Shown one piece after another: positions 59,701-64,000 of a stretch of 64,000 nt of DNA. Within the stretch, counting starts at the first letter, position 1. Every line of letters starts with the position of its first letter. The DNA is taken from assembly GCA_002269645.1 (NCBI GenBank), contig NIVC01000109.1, positions 669,670 to 733,669 on the forward strand, given 5' to 3'. The notes beneath the pieces are model-generated. The model saw nothing but the letters and a program-made list of their open reading frames with translations. It made no database searches and was not told the origin of the DNA. The DNA comes from Macrostomum lignano (lineage: Eukaryota). Position numbers and translations under genes: made by a program.

Positions 59701-62700
59701 TTGACGTTAGAGACATTTTACAACTCTCGCCCTACTTTATCTATTAGGCTAACTTTATGTATGACACGACGCAAAATATTAGGAGCATCAGCGTTAATAA
59801 TGCCTTGAAAGTCTTTAAATAATCGATACAACACTAGTTAATGAAGACAAAGTCTTTTCGCCCCAGTGAGCTTTGGGGTTGGAATTTTATAATACCTATT
59901 TTTTTCTATACTGCTAATAGTTAAGCATACATACTATGCACCAATCGATGCGCAATTCAAAGATACACAAGTGTGGAAGTTTTCAATTCTTAAACATTTG
60001 AAATCAGAAAGTTATCGATGAAAGACTAAAAATCATGATCTCAAACTGATTTGAGGAAAAGTGCTCATTATAATTTTTGGAATATGGAAGAAACAATTCA
60101 ACGCCGTCATTTAATTCCAAACTAACTGTACTTTAAGGTACTGCGATTATTTTTTTATTGAAAGAGCGAAACCTGTTTAAATATTTGAAAAAATGGAAAA
60201 AAAGTACATTTTTTTCATGGAAATACACTCTTTTGACTGCTTAATCCGATTTCCAACAACAAAATAGTTGCTTTCCTGCTGGTGCAAACCGTTATTAGGG
60301 TGAATTTTCAAAATTGCATACTGTGCCAAAAGTAAATTGAAGCTTAATATTTATAAACATTAGAAACGGGACCACTAATGGGTATTTTACTTTGGTTACT
60401 TACTATGGACTAAACTGGCACTGGCAGAGACAGATTTGAGAGAAACTAATTGCTCCATTGTATTTGTATTTGGCTCCAGAGTTACAAATTACAATAGCTA
60501 TTTCGGGGTCTAACCGGCTAAGTTATCAAAAAAGCTAGATACCAATCACCAGTTTCATCATCAGCTATACCTACCACGATTTTATAGTCACATGCAACAG
60601 TAATACCCTCCTTTAAAAGTTTTCAATATCTAAAATGATGTGTTAAATTTTATAAAATTTCATAAACAGTGAAATTTTAGCTGTTTACGTGCTGGTGGTT
60701 TGAACGTAGCTACTTTGTGCGAAAATACACTGTCATTAATACCGTACCTATTATTGTATTTATTGTATTGAAAGTTGATGTGTAAATTGTACTTTTCTAT
60801 TTTTTTGTCATTCATTATCGCACTCGGGCCGGCCTGCCTGCCTTGTGGGGTGTGGTGGCCTTGGCCACTTTCTCCCCCTTCTGCTAGGATCCAAAGCAAG
60901 CTTTCAAGTGTACATTTAATATTATCGCATGCAAGTGCAACAAATGCACTTTTCCGATAAAGGTGCGCGCACGATTTCGTGATGCCACATTGTCAAATAC
61001 AGTTTAAAAAAACATTGTTTAAAATTTTTACCCCTGCGCCTTGAACATGTAGTACAAAGCTTAAATCAAAGTTTAAAAAATTCCACTTACAATCTAAGTG
61101 ATCCGCCGTTTTTACTTATTTTTTTCTTTTCACCGGGGTCCCCGATAAGATAATTCCCTGGGGAATCGACATCCCTAATTCCCTTCCTATAAATCATTTG
61201 ACGTTAGAGACATTTTACAACTCTCGCCCTACTTTATCTATTAGGCTAACTTTATGTATGACACGACGCAAAATATTAGGAGCATCAGCGTTAATAATGC
61301 CTTGAAAGTCTTTAAATAATCGATACAACACTAGGTATTATAAAATTCCAACCCCAAAGCTCACTGGGGCGAAAAGACTTTGTCTTCATTAACTAGTGTT
61401 GTATCGATCGATCAATAAAAAATAATCGAAATAATCGATCGATAATATTAAATGTACACTTGAAAGCTTGCTTTGGATCCTAGCAGAAGGGGGAGAAAGT
61501 GGCCAAGGCCACCACACCCCACAAGGCAGGCAGGCCGGCCCGAGTGCGATAATGAATGACAAAAAAATAGAAAAGTACAATTTACACATCAACTTTCAAT
61601 ACAATAAATACAATAATAGGTACGGTATTAATGACAGTGTATTTTCGCACAAAGTAGCTACGTTCAAACCACCAGCACGTAAACAGCTAAAATTTCACTG
61701 TTTATGAAATTTTATAAAATTTAACACATCATTTTAGATATTGAAAACTTTTAAAGGAGGGTATTACTGTTGCATGTGACTATAAAATCGTGGTAGGTAT
61801 AGCTGATGATGAAACTGGTGATTGGTATCTAGCTTTTTTGATAACTTAGCCGGTTAGACCCCGAAATAGCTATTGTAATTTGTAACTCTGGAGCCAAATA
61901 CAAATACAATGGAGCAATTAGTTTCTCTCAAATCTGTCTCTGCCAGTGCCAGTTTAGTCCATAGTAAGTAACCAAAGTAAAATACCCATTAGTGGTCCCG
62001 TTTCTAATGTTTATAAATATTAAGCTTCAATTTACTTTTGGCACAGTATGCAATTTTGAAAATTCACCCTAATAACGGTTTGCACCAGCAGGAAAGCAAC
62101 TATTTTGTTGTTGGAAATCGGATTAAGCAGTCAAAAGAGTGTATTTCCATGAAAAAAATGTACTTTTTTTCCATTTTTTCAAATATTTAAACAGGTTTCG
62201 CTCTTTCAATAAAAAAATAATCGCAGTACCTTAAAGTACAGTTAGTTTGGAATTAAATGACGGCGTTGAATTGTTTCTTCCATATTCCAAAAATTATAAT
62301 GAGCACTTTTCCTCAAATCAGTTTGAGATCATGATTTTTAGTCTTTCATCGATAACTTTCTGATTTCAAATGTTTAAGAATTGAAAACTTCCACACTTGT
62401 GTATCTTTGAATTGCGCATCGATTGGTGCATAGTATGTATGCTTAACTATTAGCAGTATAGAAAAAAATGCAAAAAACTGTAAAAGTACATTTTCAATTT
62501 TTGCATTTTTTGCAACCAAAGTGCCAACTTTTTGATACAATTGAAAAAAACAACCCAATAATGTTATGCATCTTAGTAAGGCGCACCTATAACCCTCGAA
62601 CATTTTTAGCTCGAGTTTTAATGTGCATGAGGAAATGCACTTTTGTAAAGACATAATCTTAAGACAAACATTTCAACTGAAGCCTGTTCCTTTTCTCCGC

Positions 62701-63031
62701 AGTGAATCCATACAAAACTATACTCGTTAAATAGATCAGATTCTTCTCTTTAAAATGACACCTCACTTGTGAAATTCGCACTTGTAGTTTTGAAGTTACA
62801 GCAGTTTTTGTGAGATTTTTCTTGTCATTTTTTCGATGCACACGTCTCATATTATTATATTCGTCACAAGCCAGACCACCCAATGCGCTTCGCGCATTGG
62901 CTGGCTGTTTGTTCCTCATGCTCGGCACTTTGTGCCTCGCGCGTTCGCTCCGCTCACCCCACAACCCCAAGGACACGCGCTTCGCGCGTGTCCTTGGGTT
63001 TGTGGGTTTTGCGGAGCTCACTGGGAACTAG
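56750..63031. mobile_element. 6.3-kb composite foldback insertion (1.6-kb inverted arms, internal duplications, CTAG junctions), no coding capacity
   Basis: Arms 56812-about 58413 and about 61429-63031 are reverse complements, shown by mirrored ORFs with coordinate sum 119843. The paralogous empty site at about 39347-39360 reads AGTACTAGCAGGC, with (A)CTAG duplicated on both sides of the insert. Confidence 0.88.
59146..59680. mobile_element. hAT-like MITE nested in the foldback interior
   Basis: TIR TAGGGATGTTGACTTC / GAATCGACATCCCTA (Ac-like TAGGGATG); flanking TTCCCTTC on both sides, with one extra A on the right. Confidence 0.7.
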
Positions 63032-63189
63032 CAGGCGATTATATCAAGGTCCATCTCTGTAAATGTAAAGTAGATACTTCTCCCTTACCCCGTCAGGACT
63101 CCATCCCCGGCGGTGGGGGGACTGTTATCGTATCCAGCCTTCTAGAAATTTCCGTGTAAACAACACTTTCCATATAAGGCAATTTAACC

Positions 63190-63815
63190 GTGTCTTCCTC
63201 TCTGCCTCCCCTCTCTGTGTCTCTCTGCCTCCCCTCTCTGTCTCTCTGCCTCCCCTCTCTGTTTCTCTCTGCCTCCCCTCTCTGTGTCTCTCTGCCTCCC
63301 CTCTCTGTCTCTCTGCCTCCCCTCTCTGTTTCTCTCTGCCTCCCCTCTCTGTGTCTCTCTGCCTCCCCTCTCTGTGTCTCTCTGACTCCCCTCTCTGTGT
63401 CTCTCTGCCTCCCCTCTCTGTGTCTCTCTGCCTCCCCTCTCTGTCTCTCTGCCTCCCCTCTCTGTTTCTCTCTGCCTCCCCTCTCTGTGTCTCTCTGCCT
63501 CCCCTCTCTGTGTCTCTCTGCCTCCCCTCTCTGTGTCTCTCTCTCTGCCTCCCCTCTCTGTGTCTCTCTGCCTCCCCTCTCTGTGTCTCTCTGCCTCCCC
63601 TCTCTGTGTCTCTCTGCCTCCCCTCTCTGTCTCTCTGCCTCGCCTCTCTGTGTCTCTCTGCCTCCCCTCTCTGTGTCTCTCTGCCTCCCCTCTCTGTGTC
63701 TCTCTGCCTCCCCTCTCTGTGTCTCTGCCTCGCCTCTCTGTGTCTCTCTGCCTCCCCTCTCTGTGTCTCTCTGCCTCCCCTCTCTGTGTTTCTCTGCCTC
63801 CCCTCTCTATGTTTC
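63190..63815. repeat. CT-rich minisatellite, paralog of 39515-40750
   Basis: Read directly. Confidence 0.96.
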
Positions 63816-64000
63816 CCTCCTGCTGAGCACATGCTTTCCGAATATTTCCGAAATTTAGAATTTTCTATGAAATTAAATAAAGCCACCCGACACTATATGT
63901 ACTCAAGTCTAACAAGCCTAACTACACTCAAAACCTAAACTGCTAAACAAAAACAAACCTTCGGAACTGCTGCCTTCACGCCTCATAATTACTTAACACT

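Larger units (their letters stand above)
24060..64000 (+). other. Tandem segmental duplication: unit 1 about 24.1-41 kb, unit 2 about 42.3 kb to the window end
   Basis: Collinear matches: 28446/46056, 29232/46694, 33088 region/50107 region, Gypsy 35.1-38.6/52.0-56.0 kb, 39510/63190, 40960/64000. The offset is about 17-18 kb, plus 6.3 kb after the foldback insertion. Confidence 0.95.

Overview
Eukaryotic, intron-rich and repeat-rich genomic DNA. The style resembles an invertebrate such as a Macrostomum-type flatworm; this is inference only and the species cannot be established from the sequence. Host genes: two divergent tandem minus-strand genes with a signal peptide and Ig-like domains (A, about 589-3378 and possibly continuing left; B, 4027-11345), a plus-strand RhoGAP gene (13844-25305), and two near-identical copies of a secreted-looking gene with an F-type-lectin/discoidin-like domain followed by several C2-type Ig domains (C1 28788-33882, C2 46380-50901). 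C1 and C2 lie in a tandem segmental duplication of about 17.5-18 kb (about 24.1-41 kb versus about 42.3-64 kb). Mobile DNA: a head-to-tail stack of RNase H-bearing non-LTR retrotransposon fragments joined by (AAC)n tracts, two defective copies of a Gypsy LTR element fused to a tRNA/CORE-like SINE, a second LTR fragment, hAT- and Harbinger-like MITEs, and a 6.3-kb composite foldback insertion with CTAG junctions and GCGAAGC hairpins. Most introns carry their own micro- or minisatellite. The strongest candidates for something new are the clustered amino-acid replacements between C1 and C2, the (AAC)n-jointed retrotransposon stack together with a tail-only (TTAGCA)n insertion, and the CTAG-jointed foldback. 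All gene models were read by eye from splice signals and frame continuity and have no transcript support.
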